Below the pieces are notes generated by a model. That model was not told the DNA's origin, searched no databases, and saw only the letters and a list, made by a program, of their open reading frames with translations. DNA of 63,863 bases, counting the filler, from Globobulimina sp. (Eukaryota): NCBI GenBank assembly GCA_003354225.1. It is 34 parts of 34 records of this genome, joined end to end, with 100 filler letters (N's around TTAATTAATTAA, not from the genome) between each part and the next. Parts side by side here need not be neighbours in the genome. Positions count along the whole stretch, not along the records: positions 13,177 to 14,958 come from PIVH01012006.1; positions 15,059 to 16,840 come from PIVH01012007.1; positions 16,941 to 18,722 come from PIVH01012008.1; positions 18,823 to 20,604 come from PIVH01012009.1; positions 20,705 to 22,486 come from PIVH01012010.1; positions 22,587 to 24,368 come from PIVH01012011.1; 28 more parts are not named here. One strand, written 5' to 3'. Every line of letters starts with the position of its first letter. Positions within the stretch are counted from its first letter, which is position 1. Below are positions 13,077 through 24,468 of this stretch, piece after piece. The translations under genes and the position numbers were made by a program.

Positions 13077-13772
13077 NNNNNNNNNNNNNNNNNNNNNNNN
13101 NNNNNNNNNNNNNNNNNNNNTTAATTAATTAANNNNNNNNNNNNNNNNNNNNNNNNNNNNNNNNNNNNNNNNNNNNTATTATTATAATGTGACAAACAAT
13201 ATTTTTTCAAAAAATAACAAAACACATAATGTAACATTTAACATTCTTTATGATAATGTTAAATGTAGTAGCACATGAACAAAGGCAGTTTGTTTATGTT
13301 CGCTTGGAATTTATTTTTCGGGGCGAGGTGCGGCCCCTTCAATGTCCGATACATTCAAATTAAAATCTGGTTTGCGTTTATTTAAATACTTTCGTGGCGG
13401 TTCATAAATATCTGATGTTCGCAGTATTCGTTGCGGATCTTTTGCTGGGCATTTCAGCCAATTTTCATATGTATTCATTTTATTATATAAAGATATATAA
13501 AAGATTATATTTCAAATTTATAATTATAATTATATGTATGAGTTGCATTTGAGATGGTTTTACGTCAAATAGCCAGATGATGACAGTAAAACATTGTGTA
13601 TCAATTCATCCGAATAAAATATTAATTTCTCTCTCCGCGCATCCAATGCATTTTCAATATCCTCATAACAATTCGAGACAAATAATAATATACAACTTAT
13701 CCTAGCAGGATTCAAGAATTTTTAAGTGAAAAACTTGTCACAACTATATCTTTAAAAATCGTTGACAGAATC

Positions 13773-14063
13773 ATGAGCAATCAAAAGAGAAAGTATCAAC
13801 TACAATGCATAGAATCATCAAGAGGTGGGCCATATCGTGGTGACATAACTTTTAATGTATTGGGTATTGAGGGGATTCTAGCATCATTTACAGCAAAATA
13901 TTTTAATAGATATGAATGTATTAAATTTGAAGATAATTGTTTAATGACAGATTTTGAGTTTGCAAGCAGATTTTTTAAAACATATTCTCATTCAATTGAT
14001 TCAAATTTAAATGAATTTGTGCAAATTGCATTTTGTGAAATAGTAAATTATTTTGTGAAATAG
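13773..14063 (+). CDS. Hypothetical protein
   Basis: ATG-started 96 aa ORF, 6 nt upstream of the next ORF. Confidence 0.4.
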   Translation: MSNQKRKYQLQCIESSRGGPYRGDITFNVLGIEGILASFTAKYFNRYECIKFEDNCLMTDFEFASRFFKTYSHSIDSNLNEFVQIAFCEIVNYFVK

Positions 14064-14069
14064 TAAATA

Positions 14070-14546
14070 ATGGAGTATGTGCCTGGTACAATAATTGAAT
14101 TTCAAAGGCAATGTTACATAGTAAAAAATGGTGAACAAATAACAATTTATTTTGATTTTCCGATAACATTCCTTTCGTTGCCTGTGGATGTTATTTATGA
14201 TATTCATTGTATTCCATTCAAATTGAGAATAAATGGCACCAATATCACAGGACCAGAGTTCTTCTTTTCCAATGATCGCGATGCCAATCGATATCATGAA
14301 TTTACGCTCAATAAATTTGCGGATTCACGTATTGTCCATCTACATCCCGTGTTAGTTTATAATAAATTGCAAACTCGATATGCTGAACGATATTATACTT
14401 CTTTCAAAGATAACATTGAAACTTCTGATTTAGAAATAATAGATGTAATGGATGATGATGGGGATAAATGGGATCGTGAACTGATAACTGCATTGGTCGA
14501 AAGACTGGATGAAGACCAGGATGAAGACCAAGATGAAGAGTATTGA
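14070..14546 (+). CDS. Hypothetical protein with acidic tail
   Basis: ATG-started intronless 158 aa ORF ending DEDQDEDQDEEY. Confidence 0.5.
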   Translation: MEYVPGTIIEFQRQCYIVKNGEQITIYFDFPITFLSLPVDVIYDIHCIPFKLRINGTNITGPEFFFSNDRDANRYHEFTLNKFADSRIVHLHPVLVYNKLQTRYAERYYTSFKDNIETSDLEIIDVMDDDGDKWDRELITALVERLDEDQDEDQDEEY

Positions 14547-14836
14547 AGACAAACAATGAACTGATGTAGTGTCACTTGTAGTATTATTTAAAGTAGCTTT
14601 GATACTGTATTACTAGTACTTGCTAGCTCAACTTAAAACTTTTTCTTACGACCTATAACTTAAAACTTCAATTACATGTCACTTCCGCTTTAGTCTGGCA
14701 ACTTTAAATCGGTTTCCCATTAATGAATTTAACCCAATTTAGTATTAAATTCATATGAAATCGATTCAAAGCAATCTAAAATTCGCCTCTCCAGATTTAC
14801 TTTTTCAAAAATGGAAATGCTACAAATAAGAAAAAT

Positions 14837-14918
14837 GGACACCTAGCTCAATTGGCAGAGCATTGGTTTGAATGGAAAGCAAACCAAATGGATGTAGGTT
14901 CGAATCCTACGGTGATGA
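14837..14918 (+). tRNA. tRNA-like gene or pseudo-tRNA (possibly Phe-GAA with a short insert)
   Basis: D arm GCTC/GAGC, anticodon stem TTGGT/ACCAA around a 15-nt loop, T arm GTAGG-TTCGAAT-CCTAC; acceptor stem only partly paired. Confidence 0.55.
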
Positions 14919-15058
14919 GATGGAATGGATATGGATTATATGGATATTATTATATTATNNNNNNNNNNNNNNNNNNNNNNNNNNNNNNNNNNNNNNNNNN
15001 NNTTAATTAATTAANNNNNNNNNNNNNNNNNNNNNNNNNNNNNNNNNNNNNNNNNNNN

Positions 15059-15534
15059 GCGATCCCTGCCCGGATGACGGAACGTTCTGTAACGGAACGG
15101 AATCGTGCAACGAACCCACTGATCTGTGCTTAAGCTCAGGTGATCCCTGTGCACCGGTACAAATGTGTAATGAGGGTACGGCCCAGTGCGATGACTGCGT
15201 GGTACCGGATGTTGTAGGCGATACCACGGCTGATGCATGCACTGCATTAACGGCTGCAGGTTTTAGTTGTGGCGCAGTAACAGAGTGCTACGATTATACG
15301 GAACCGGCAGGAAATGTATATAATCAGGACCCGGCAGCAACCGCAACACCGGGCTGCGGAACGAGCGTAGACCTTGACGAATCATTAGGTTCGCCATGTG
15401 ACCAGACGATGACGGATGTTGCAGGTGACTATGGACGAACGGACTGTGCTGACAGTACTGACTGTCCGGGCGACTTTGACTGTGACAGTGACGTTGACGG
15501 TTCAGATCTTGATGAGTATTCAGGGTGTTATTAG
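15059..15534 (+). CDS. Bacterial Cys-rich extracellular protein C-terminus: PASTA-like domain + dockerin/EF-hand-like tail, 5' partial
   Basis: VPDVVG..ADA..ALTAAGF...PAGNVYNQDP (PASTA); GDFDCDSDVDGSDL; higher GC; followed by a terminator. Confidence 0.7.
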
Positions 15535-15582
15535 GATATAACAACCTGAAATAACGGATTAGGACAATGTAAGTGAAAAGAG

Positions 15583-15610
15583 GCGGTGCCGGAAACGGCA
15601 CCGCTGCTTT
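15583..15610 (+). terminator. Rho-independent terminator
   Basis: GCGGTGCCG-GAAA-CGGCACCGC hairpin with a short T tail, downstream of the stop. Confidence 0.75.
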
Positions 15611-15672
15611 AAAACCGAAAACAGAGTGAATTTTTTCAAACTAAGATAAAGTTTATACCATGGAGAGGGAAA

Positions 15673-15739
15673 GGAGAGTGGTGTCAGATTTTGAATAAAT
15701 AACGGCTATTTAGTTTATTTAAAATCTGGCACCCTCTCC
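15673..15739. repeat. Intergenic inverted repeat (~28-bp imperfect stem)
   Basis: GGAGAG-TGGTGTCAGATTTTGAATAAA pairs with TTTATTTAAAATCTGGCACC-CTCTCC. Confidence 0.7.
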
Positions 15740-15869
15740 GGCTAACATTAAATTTCCAACCCGTGTTCCTTTGCAACTCTGCATAATACATTCAAGTAAA
15801 GAATTCTGGCCCAAAGGATCAGGCTTTGATTTTACCCCATAGGGGTTTAGTAAAAAAACAAACGTACAT

Positions 15870-16000
15870 ATGGAATATTGGAATAATGGATTGTTGGAAA
15901 ATTGGGTTTAAATATGGAAAATATCTGATTTTTATAGCTGTATTATATAATAATGATTTTATCCTTCTAATCCCATTATTCCAACATTCCAGTATTCCAT
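15870..16000. repeat. TGGAATRN octamer-type inverted-repeat element of the kind seen in deltaproteobacterial intergenic DNA
   Basis: ATGGAATATTGGAATAATGG ... CCATTATTCCAACATTCCAGTATTCCAT. Confidence 0.6.
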
Positions 16001-16168
16001 TGCATATGTTTCAGGCAGAGCCCTTTGACACTGACCTGGCCCTGAGGACCAGGCTTTCTTCGCTCAAGTAAATAAATAGATTGAATGCCAACAAAAAATA
16101 TCCGGTTTCATATGGCAATGTTGCCAACTGGCAATGTATTTGACCAGTTACAGGAGGTCGCTTCAACA

Positions 16169-16396
16169 GACTATGGTCGGTCGGACCGCAGCAGTGACTG
16201 TAACGGAGACTTTGGTTGCGACAGTGATGTGGACGAAATAGACCTTGATGAGCATTCAGGGTGTTATTAGGATATAACAGCTTGAAAAAAATAGGTTAAA
16301 ACTTTAGTGGTAGAATAGGCGGTGTTGGAAGGAGCACTGCCTCTTTTTAACCGATAACAGGGCGCCGTTTTCTGAAAAGTAAGATAAGGTTTACCA
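16169..16396 (+). pseudogene. Diverged duplicate of the dockerin-like tail, stop and terminator (copy of 15427-15660)
   Basis: DYGRSD..DCNGDFGCDSDVDEIDLDEHSGCY*, shared CAGGGTGTTATTAGGATATAACA, similar hairpin at 16317-16348. Confidence 0.7.
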
Positions 16397-16566
16397 AGGC
16401 GGGCAAGTAATTCCTGTAAATAAATTCAACTATCTGTATGCGCATAAAAAAAATCACACAATTCTTATGATTTTCTTGACTTTTTGGCCTTTGGGACATA
16501 TCTAATCAAATGAAATAAATAGTGATTCATATTTTTAAACCTAATAACAAAAGAGAGGAGTTTTCT

Positions 16567-16840
16567 ATGAAGAAATGTTTTTTCTATGTTTTTTCTTTTT
16601 TTATTGCGGTCCCGATTTTTCTGGGTCTTTCGACAAATGTCTACGCTAAAATAATATGGAATATGCAGGATGCTATACCCCTTGAAGACAATCCTTTAAG
16701 CATAGCAGTTTCCAAAGAAGGCACGGCCTATATTTTATGTGAGAAAAGCATTGTCGTTTATTCACCGCGTGAAAAGAAGATTACAGACATCATACCGATT
16801 AAAGAAAAATTTTCTCAGATTGCTCTTACACGTGATGGGG
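16567..16840 (+). CDS. Bacterial exported protein, beta-propeller-like start, 3' partial
   Basis: AGAGGAG Shine-Dalgarno before ATG; signal peptide MKKCFF...VYA; PLSIAVSKEG.AYIL. Confidence 0.65.
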
Positions 16841-17368
16841 NNNNNNNNNNNNNNNNNNNNNNNNNNNNNNNNNNNNNNNNNNNNTTAATTAATTAANNNN
16901 NNNNNNNNNNNNNNNNNNNNNNNNNNNNNNNNNNNNNNNNTCGACTTTTATAGCACGTACAAAAAAGTGTTTTTCGTTTCTATTTTTTGAAACACTAAGA
17001 GTTTGGAGGCTTAGGTTGCTAAGAAATAAAACAGTTTTATAGGCGTTTTTTTTGATAAAGTAGTGAAACCTTCTGTTTCTGCAAAAAACATGGCAAAATA
17101 TAAACAATTCTGACACTTCGAAATTTGGTCAATAATTTGCTTCATTTTTCACATTTGTGAAACTGTAATATGACTTGTTCTATTTTTAAATTCTGACCAA
17201 GACGACACTCGCTTCGCTCGTTTACTACAAATAAAAAACAAGAATATTTTTACAGAACATACAAAGAAATCGGAGTTTTTTTATTATCAAACAATCCAAA
17301 AAAAGCAAAAATTACAACAAAAGAAAAGAATAGAATAATAATACTAAAATAATAAATATTTACATTAC

Positions 17369-18301
17369 TTATTGATGCTTGATGGCGTGAAAGGTGTTGT
17401 CAATAATTCGCCGCTTGTCGTTGAGACAGACTTTGATGATTTTGAGGATGTGTTTGTAGACACAGTCGTTTTTGACGTCGTCGAGATGCAGCTGATTGCG
17501 CAAATAATGGATATGTTTTTTCTGGATCAACTCCGGCATTTGCGACGGCAGCATCAGAATGAACAAATTGATGAGCAGTCGGTGTCTTTGCCGCAGCGCC
17601 AAATAAGCGTTCACCGCAAACTGCACAAACTCGTCGTATTTCTGCGCGTCTTTGTTGCCATTATTGATGCAGTATTTGTAAGCGGGCAGAAAGACGAAAG
17701 GAGCCACTTCGCGCTGCCATTTCACGTAATCGCCGATGATATTTTGCGACTTGAAATTGCCCAAAAAATGGCTGAAATCGATGTGAAACAACTCGCCCTT
17801 TTGGCGCACCATAATATTGGAGGGGTGGCGGTCTCCCAAACCCAGAACGTACGACGCAATGCAATATCCGGCACACGATCTGCTGTAAATGTCCCTCGCT
17901 TTCTTGACGCACACAATCTGCGCATTATTGACATGTCGCAGATATTTGAGATGCGTCGTGATGTCTCGCGCTCCTTTTTGCGACCCGCCGCCGTAATTGG
18001 TATGAATGTACGTCGTGGTCTTGGCGTTGAGCACAATCTCCACCATTCCCTTCCCGTTGCCAGTCGACACCACGTTGTATGGCAAGAGCCGCAGATTCAC
18101 GCCGCGATCCAGCCAGATTTTGTCCATAATTCGCAGGATCTGCAGAGTCAGGATGTCTTGGCGCAGATCGTCGCCCGTCTTGAACATAATGATCGTGTTT
18201 TGGTCGCCCACAGAGTTCAGAGATAACCAGAGCGGTAATTGGGCGCTGTCCATCGTTTTACACTCAGAGATCACGAACGAAGTGCACCTCCAACGCGGGT
18301 A
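17369..18301 (-). CDS. Phosphatidylinositol 3-kinase catalytic domain, 5' truncated (possible pseudogene)
   Basis: MDSAQLPLWL, FKTGDDLRQD, SCAGYCIASYVLGLGDRHPSN, HIDFSHFLGNFK, REVAPF. Confidence 0.9.
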   Translation of the reverse strand, partial: YPRWRCTSFVISECKTMDSAQLPLWLSLNSVGDQNTIIMFKTGDDLRQDILTLQILRIMDKIWLDRGVNLRLLPYNVVSTGNGKGMVEIVLNAKTTTYIHTNYGGGSQKGARDITTHLKYLRHVNNAQIVCVKKARDIYSRSCAGYCIASYVLGLGDRHPSNIMVRQKGELFHIDFSHFLGNFKSQNIIGDYVKWQREVAPFVFLPAYKYCINNGNKDAQKYDEFVQFAVNAYLALRQRHRLLINLFILMLPSQMPELIQKKHIHYLRNQLHLDDVKNDCVYKHILKIIKVCLNDKRRIIDNTFHAIKHQ

Positions 18302-18302
18302 T

Positions 18303-18504
18303 TACGCCATATGGCACCTAAAAATACGCCATATGGCACCGCATAAAATACGCCATACGGCACCGAATATAAGCGGTCGTACGGAGTCAATATTTATTAT
18401 ACGGCCGAGGCGTTGCATAAAATACGCCATATGGCACCGAGGCGTTGCATTATAATGTTTGGTCATTCCTATTGCTAATTAATGCAACGCCTCGGCCGTA
18501 TAAT
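18303..18504. repeat. Cluster of four 16-nt palindrome-cored direct repeats plus a 23-bp inverted repeat
   Basis: TACGCCATAYGGCACC at 18303, 18325, 18349, 18423; ATTATACGGCCGAGGCGTTGCAT at 18396 inverted at 18482-18504. Confidence 0.9.
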
Positions 18505-18822
18505 CTGGGCCACTCTCACTGCCATCCCCCAAAAGGAACAATGCCATCAAACCTTGTAAATGGAATACTTCATCGCCGTGATTGATACTCTTCGCCGATA
18601 TCACACAATGACGGCACCTCATACAGTAGTGTTCCCGATAAGAGATACGCATATTAGTACTAATAAATATATTATACAGCTAATATATTGAATAAATGGT
18701 GGACCTGTCAAGGGATAATATANNNNNNNNNNNNNNNNNNNNNNNNNNNNNNNNNNNNNNNNNNNNTTAATTAATTAANNNNNNNNNNNNNNNNNNNNNN
18801 NNNNNNNNNNNNNNNNNNNNNN

Positions 18823-19513
18823 GATCAGTATAGATTTTGTAATTTATAAGTTCTTCATAAACCCATTTTTGTTTGATTGGCAAAAATAAATATAACAATG
18901 AGATGGAACGAGTATAATAAATATCATTGGCATTGAAATATGGCAGTACTCGATCTAAAATCTGTGCAACTGCTTCTTTTTTGAAATAATGCCTCGAGGC
19001 TTTGATGAGTGCCGCAATTTGCTGAGCATGGTCATCAAAAACGCATTTTTCATCTGTTAAAATAGCACCATTTTTGCAGGAATAATGTACTGAAATTAGT
19101 AAATTATAAAATGGTTTCCAATCTAACTGTAACTGATTAGGGTGAATTAGGTCAGCTTCGTCCTGTTCATTTTCAATTAAATCACATAAAAGAGCCATAA
19201 TATCACTTTGTTGCGATAAATCAGTGGGAATCGCAAATAATAATTTTGAGCATAACTTAAAAATACAAATTCGCATTTTTTTAGTTAAAGGATATTGTAG
19301 GTCCAGATAAGCAGACAATGATCGTACATAATACATTGATCCAACCATATCAATATTGTTAATTGCAATTTGTAAATTATTGTAAATGTTTTGTGAGACA
19401 CAATAAGCAAAATGTTTAAAAGGTGCCACTAGACTTGGTGGAGTATTCAAAAATAAATATTCAAATTCTGGATCATTTTCTTTCGCTTCCAAAGTTAGTG
19501 ACGAAGCCATCAT
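18823..19513 (-). CDS. PSME4: Proteasome activator PA200/Blm10 N-terminal region, 3' partial
   Basis: LSAYLDLQY, LQLDWKPFY, ASRHYF...QILDRVLPY, LYLFLP. Confidence 0.7.
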
Positions 19514-20102
19514 TTGTTGTAAGTAAAGTTTTTAGTGATTGGATATGTTAACTTGCTCCCAATTCAACTCTCTAGATTGTTATTCACAGTATAGCTGATA
19601 TAATTATATTGTGATTATGAATATTTAAGTGCATATAGTCAAATTGTTTCTGACAGTTCAAAAAAAAATGCGATTAAGCCATTAAGCGTCATATTACTCA
19701 TATAGTCAAATTACATACAATCTATTTATATATTTAATATAAAAACTGAAGAATAGTTTATAGTGTGAATTGGTTGAAACTGTGTTGATAAAATCACTGA
19801 GCTTTCGGCTAACGTAAAGTAGCCATTGTCAAAGTGTTTAATTGAATACTTAGAAATGTTCAATCACAAAAAACTACAAACACTCACACAACAACATAAA
19901 GAAAAAGAAAACAAAACACGTGAAAATATACCAATCAATTGAATCAAACATAATATGATTCGTCTTTAAATACAATTGGTTGTCAACAAAAATAAATATG
20001 TAAAACACACAATGTCAACCAATTTAAAACTAAAAATAAAATAAAACAAATCCCTGCAAATCTTCACACAACAATGACTGAATAAAACTAAACCTAATCA
20101 CT

Positions 20103-20604
20103 TTACGCCAGCATCGATTCGAACGGTCTATATTTTTCGCCGCGTTTTAATTTTAATAATTCTGATTTCTCCCACTCTCTCCACCGACTTTCGAATGATT
20201 GCTGTGGCGGTTTAAACTCTAATAAATTTGTCTTTAATTCTTCTTCATTGTCCTCTAATAAACTCGTAATATCTCCCACGTTCTCTACCATATTGAAATC
20301 CAAACTCAGATCCAAATTTGTATCATTTTCATGTCTAATTATTAGATTTTCATCCAATTTGTCATTCCAATTCATATCCAACACCGAATCGTTTGGATTA
20401 AATGATAACTGCGTGTTTTCTGATAAATTTAACCTACGAATTCTATCCACATCTAAATCCAATACATCTTTTAAACTGTTCTTATTATCCATAGTTTCAT
20501 TGGAATGTATCTGACGTTGTTGTTCAAATTGTGATGCTAAAGGTGTTGGTGATGCTTTTTCCTCTGAATTTAATACCAAATGCGATCTCTGTATTTCCTC
20601 CCAA
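20103..20604 (-). CDS. Hypothetical protein C-terminus
   Basis: Open frame from the contig edge to a stop; charged low-complexity composition. Confidence 0.45.
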
Positions 20605-20860
20605 NNNNNNNNNNNNNNNNNNNNNNNNNNNNNNNNNNNNNNNNNNNNTTAATTAATTAANNNNNNNNNNNNNNNNNNNNNNNNNNNNNNNNNNNNNNNN
20701 NNNNCTTGTGTTTCTTCGTAGTTGTCTCATTATTCCTCTATTATGGTAGTTAGACGAGTTGGATCACAAATCCGCTCAATTTTTTATTGTTTTTTTGTTT
20801 GTTCCTTTATATAGTTTAAAATACAAGCTAAAATGGTAATGATTTCGAAAGGAAACATAT

Positions 20861-22168
20861 ATGGTTGATAATAGATCAGAAAAAGTAACATTAACGGTGG
20901 CAGGCTACGCCGATTCATTTTCACACAGTTTCTTATCAATAAAAGAAGCCAACCAATTAAAAGAACATGACACCATTGATTTTCGCAATGATGATGGCAA
21001 ATTCATATTGGTAACAATATCACAGAAAAGAAAGTCGTTTTTAAAACTGCATTGTATCGGAATATGTGACAATGGATATGAAAAATGGTGTGATTATAAA
21101 AAAGAATTAAATCGATTGGCAAAACCTCATTCAATATCAACACGTAAAGCACATAGACTTAAACATCTTAAAATGAATGATTTTATTGATGTATTGTCAC
21201 CATTTCAAATACCAATATATCAATATAATCAATGGAAATATGCACAAATTATCAAATTTGATAATAATTCCGGCCAAATCAAAGTAAAATTGTTTTACGA
21301 TAAACATACATTTTGGAGCCATTTAGATAAATTATCAGAAGTTGCATTATTTCGTAGCAAACCCCGTTCAAAATTCAACATTCCATATCCGCAAACATTT
21401 AAACGTAGCAAACAAATTGTAAATAAATTTGTTATTTTATCGGAAAACAATTCATGTAAACAAATTCCACCACAAATATCTCAACAAATTGCTCTATTTT
21501 ATCATTATTCGAGCTCATTGCGAATATTTACAGTATATTGTATTGGCGATATGTTACAAGTTAAAAAGGAAAATAAATGGATGTTATGTAAAGTAGTCAG
21601 AAAAAATAACAGACAAATTGTTGCTGTAAACAATGATAATCGGAGATATAAAATGGATTTAGTTGATGATAACAAACAATTGAGAAAATGTATGGATTAT
21701 AAACGGAACATTGACAACGAATTTGAGCGTTTGTGGTGGAGTAAACGACATATGACTGACGGCGAAGCAATTTATGGATGTTTTGCAAACGAAATATACG
21801 ATGATAGAAATAAATGTGATATCATAAAGAGAGAATGTGATGAGTATATTAGTGATAATATACTATATTTTGAAACGTTGCCTGAATGGAAAATGATAAT
21901 TATTGCATTATGTGAACTGTATAATGTTCGAATCCGATTGTTTGAATATGATACAATGTCTAAAGAATTATTTATGTCCTTTGAATATGGCGTATGTGAA
22001 CAAACTCTGAATTTACCAATGATTATGTTATTTGAACAAAACGAATATTATCATATTATTAGAGCACCAGCATTGAAATATAATCGTCCATTGAATAAAA
22101 TATATCAAACTCCGCTGGATAAAAAAATAACAATCAATATGGTACAATTTAGAATGAAATACAATTGA
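20861..22168 (+). CDS. Tudor/SH3-like repeat protein with degenerate OTU-like domain
   Basis: DxIDv..W..A.I repeats; MTDGEAIYGCFANEIY...IIKRECDEYI...ALCELYNVRIRLF...EYYHII. Confidence 0.5.
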   Translation: MVDNRSEKVTLTVAGYADSFSHSFLSIKEANQLKEHDTIDFRNDDGKFILVTISQKRKSFLKLHCIGICDNGYEKWCDYKKELNRLAKPHSISTRKAHRLKHLKMNDFIDVLSPFQIPIYQYNQWKYAQIIKFDNNSGQIKVKLFYDKHTFWSHLDKLSEVALFRSKPRSKFNIPYPQTFKRSKQIVNKFVILSENNSCKQIPPQISQQIALFYHYSSSLRIFTVYCIGDMLQVKKENKWMLCKVVRKNNRQIVAVNNDNRRYKMDLVDDNKQLRKCMDYKRNIDNEFERLWWSKRHMTDGEAIYGCFANEIYDDRNKCDIIKRECDEYISDNILYFETLPEWKMIIIALCELYNVRIRLFEYDTMSKELFMSFEYGVCEQTLNLPMIMLFEQNEYYHIIRAPALKYNRPLNKIYQTPLDKKITINMVQFRMKYN

Positions 22169-23170
22169 TATTTATTTATACTTTTTTTTTTCATATATTT
22201 ATTTATTTAAGCTCAAAATTCATATTTTCTGCATTTTACAAATAGTAACAATTACATACACAATGCACAGTTTAGAGTTGGTTGAGCTTCTGCAATAAAA
22301 AGCGAATTTTATATGGAAGGACACAAATAAGCCAAGGTTGTTTCAGCACTCTGTGACCATAGAATAGGACTTACGTTCTGATTGGATTTATGCTAGCATT
22401 GATGTCATATGTCCATCAGTTAAAAAATGTCTCAATTAAAAGTGACAAGAAAATTATATTTAGTGACATGAAATGACAGTTTGCTCNNNNNNNNNNNNNN
22501 NNNNNNNNNNNNNNNNNNNNNNNNNNNNNNTTAATTAATTAANNNNNNNNNNNNNNNNNNNNNNNNNNNNNNNNNNNNNNNNNNNNTATTATATGATTGA
22601 TATGTTTTTTTCCTCACAAAAAAAAAAAATATACAAAGATACAAAAAAAAATTTTAAGAATGCTGGTAAAAGCGTTTTGCCTTGAAATTCAATATTCCAG
22701 CAGCTATTCCAATTTTATTATTTCTCGATTAGTCAATCCTATTTCACAAATCTCAAATTAAGATCCAAGTGAAACATGGGGTACCCAAAAATGTTTTGAT
22801 ATGGCATGTGATACGTTCACCATTTTGCCATTTTACAGCAAGCTAAGGCTGAAGTGGCTGAAACGATATAACTGAACGATGCTATTATAATTAAAAAGAT
22901 AATCCCACACTAAACCGAGATAATCTTTTTAGAAACTTGAAAATCTTTACATTATTAATTAGTCATTAGATATAGTTATAGTACAAAATATAATTATTAT
23001 TTGATTTATCTCTTTAACATTTTTTTAATATACTTTCCCAACGACATGTCGATTGCCAAACATATACCAACACCAAGCAAGAAAAACGACATTCCGATAT
23101 AATAGGCATTATCTGCATCTTTTCCACGTTGATTTAAAGCTGTTAATTTATGTCAATGTCAATGTCAATG

Positions 23171-24118
23171 TCAAATACATATATAATAACTATTAAACAT
23201 ACCCCAATAACCAATTGCACAAATTAGTGTTGCTACAATTAAGACTACGGAACAAATCAAGTAAATAATTGATTTTTTGATTGATAATAATACGATTAAA
23301 TAGAAGAGCATTGCAGCAAATATAAAGAACCAGCCAGCCGCCGTAAATGCGTAATCTTGAGCAGTGTATGCATATTGACTGAGATTCTCTTTATATAAAT
23401 AATTTGCTAAAATTGCATAACCAAAGAAAGTAACCAATGCCGAGAATGCAGTGATGGAACAAAATAATAACATTCTCAATTTGAACTCATTTAAATATTT
23501 ATCTCTCCATAGATCTAAACCTAATAAAATTGTGAAAGATGCAAAAAAAAAGAATTCACCGAAGAATGTGGCGCCGTACCCTCCAAATAAAGAGCCCGAT
23601 GCTCCAACAATACAATAAATATACGGTATCTCACTAACAATAATCCATGAACCAAACATATATATTAATGAACCGAGTAACAACAGGACAAATAATACAA
23701 AACCAAAGATGCGTCTCTTTAATACGGATAAAATGAGTGCAATTAAGCTACAAATTAAGATTACAATTAAAGCAACACCGCATAATGTAAAACCAATGAG
23801 AATAGTCCTATAATCATCATGTCCTTCCGGATAACCGCAATCCGGCGCTGACGACCCTGCAAACATACGGCCAATGCCTAATAAACTAAACAATAATATC
23901 ATACCACTCCAAACTGTTTGTCTGTAAAGGTAATCATCAAAAAATCCCGCACATTCAACTTCATTCTCTGTTACATATGGCTTTGATTTTGCGTATGATT
24001 TTATATGACTACTATGTTGCTCGTCAATTGTTGGTTCATCATCATCTATTCCTGCTTCATCAGCTTCATCGACTTCATCATCTTCTTGAGGCGGCTGTGC
24101 CGTTGGCGCCTCTTCCAT
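23171..24118 (-). CDS. Polytopic membrane protein with acidic N-terminus; probably further 3' exons
   Basis: About 8 hydrophobic helices after MEEAPTAQ; TM-like coding continues near 22860-23140. Confidence 0.55.
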   Translation of the reverse strand: MEEAPTAQPPQEDDEVDEADEAGIDDDEPTIDEQHSSHIKSYAKSKPYVTENEVECAGFFDDYLYRQTVWSGMILLFSLLGIGRMFAGSSAPDCGYPEGHDDYRTILIGFTLCGVALIVILICSLIALILSVLKRRIFGFVLFVLLLLGSLIYMFGSWIIVSEIPYIYCIVGASGSLFGGYGATFFGEFFFFASFTILLGLDLWRDKYLNEFKLRMLLFCSITAFSALVTFFGYAILANYLYKENLSQYAYTAQDYAFTAAGWFFIFAAMLFYLIVLLSIKKSIIYLICSVVLIVATLICAIGYWGMFNSYYICI

Positions 24119-24468
24119 GTTTTTAAGATTTAGAACTAGAAAGTTTTTCTGCAAGGAAAAAAAAAGCATGTCACATGTGAAACCAGGTGATAGTTTCAGA
24201 TGGTGGGTTTTGGGCACTACAGCAATGGGAATGTTTGCCTATGGATATGGTGTGTAATTTATCGATACTAATTTGTCAACTAATAAATTGCATTATTGTT
24301 GATTTTTTTAACATGTAAACAGCATATGATAATCCAGTTGCATTGCAGAGGTATTTTATGCATATATANNNNNNNNNNNNNNNNNNNNNNNNNNNNNNNN
24401 NNNNNNNNNNNNTTAATTAATTAANNNNNNNNNNNNNNNNNNNNNNNNNNNNNNNNNNNNNNNNNNNN

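Noticed and set aside
15427-16396. DGR template/variable repeat pair
   Set aside because: Differences are not adenine-specific, include indels and extend through the terminator; the RT in this window is a LINE on another contig
17372-18226. 284 aa plus-strand ORF
   Set aside because: Antisense shadow of the GC-richer PI3K frame, with no motifs of its own
18303-18440. CRISPR-like direct repeats
   Set aside because: Repeats are 16 nt with 6-8 nt gaps and one irregular long gap; no unique equal-length spacers and no cas genes
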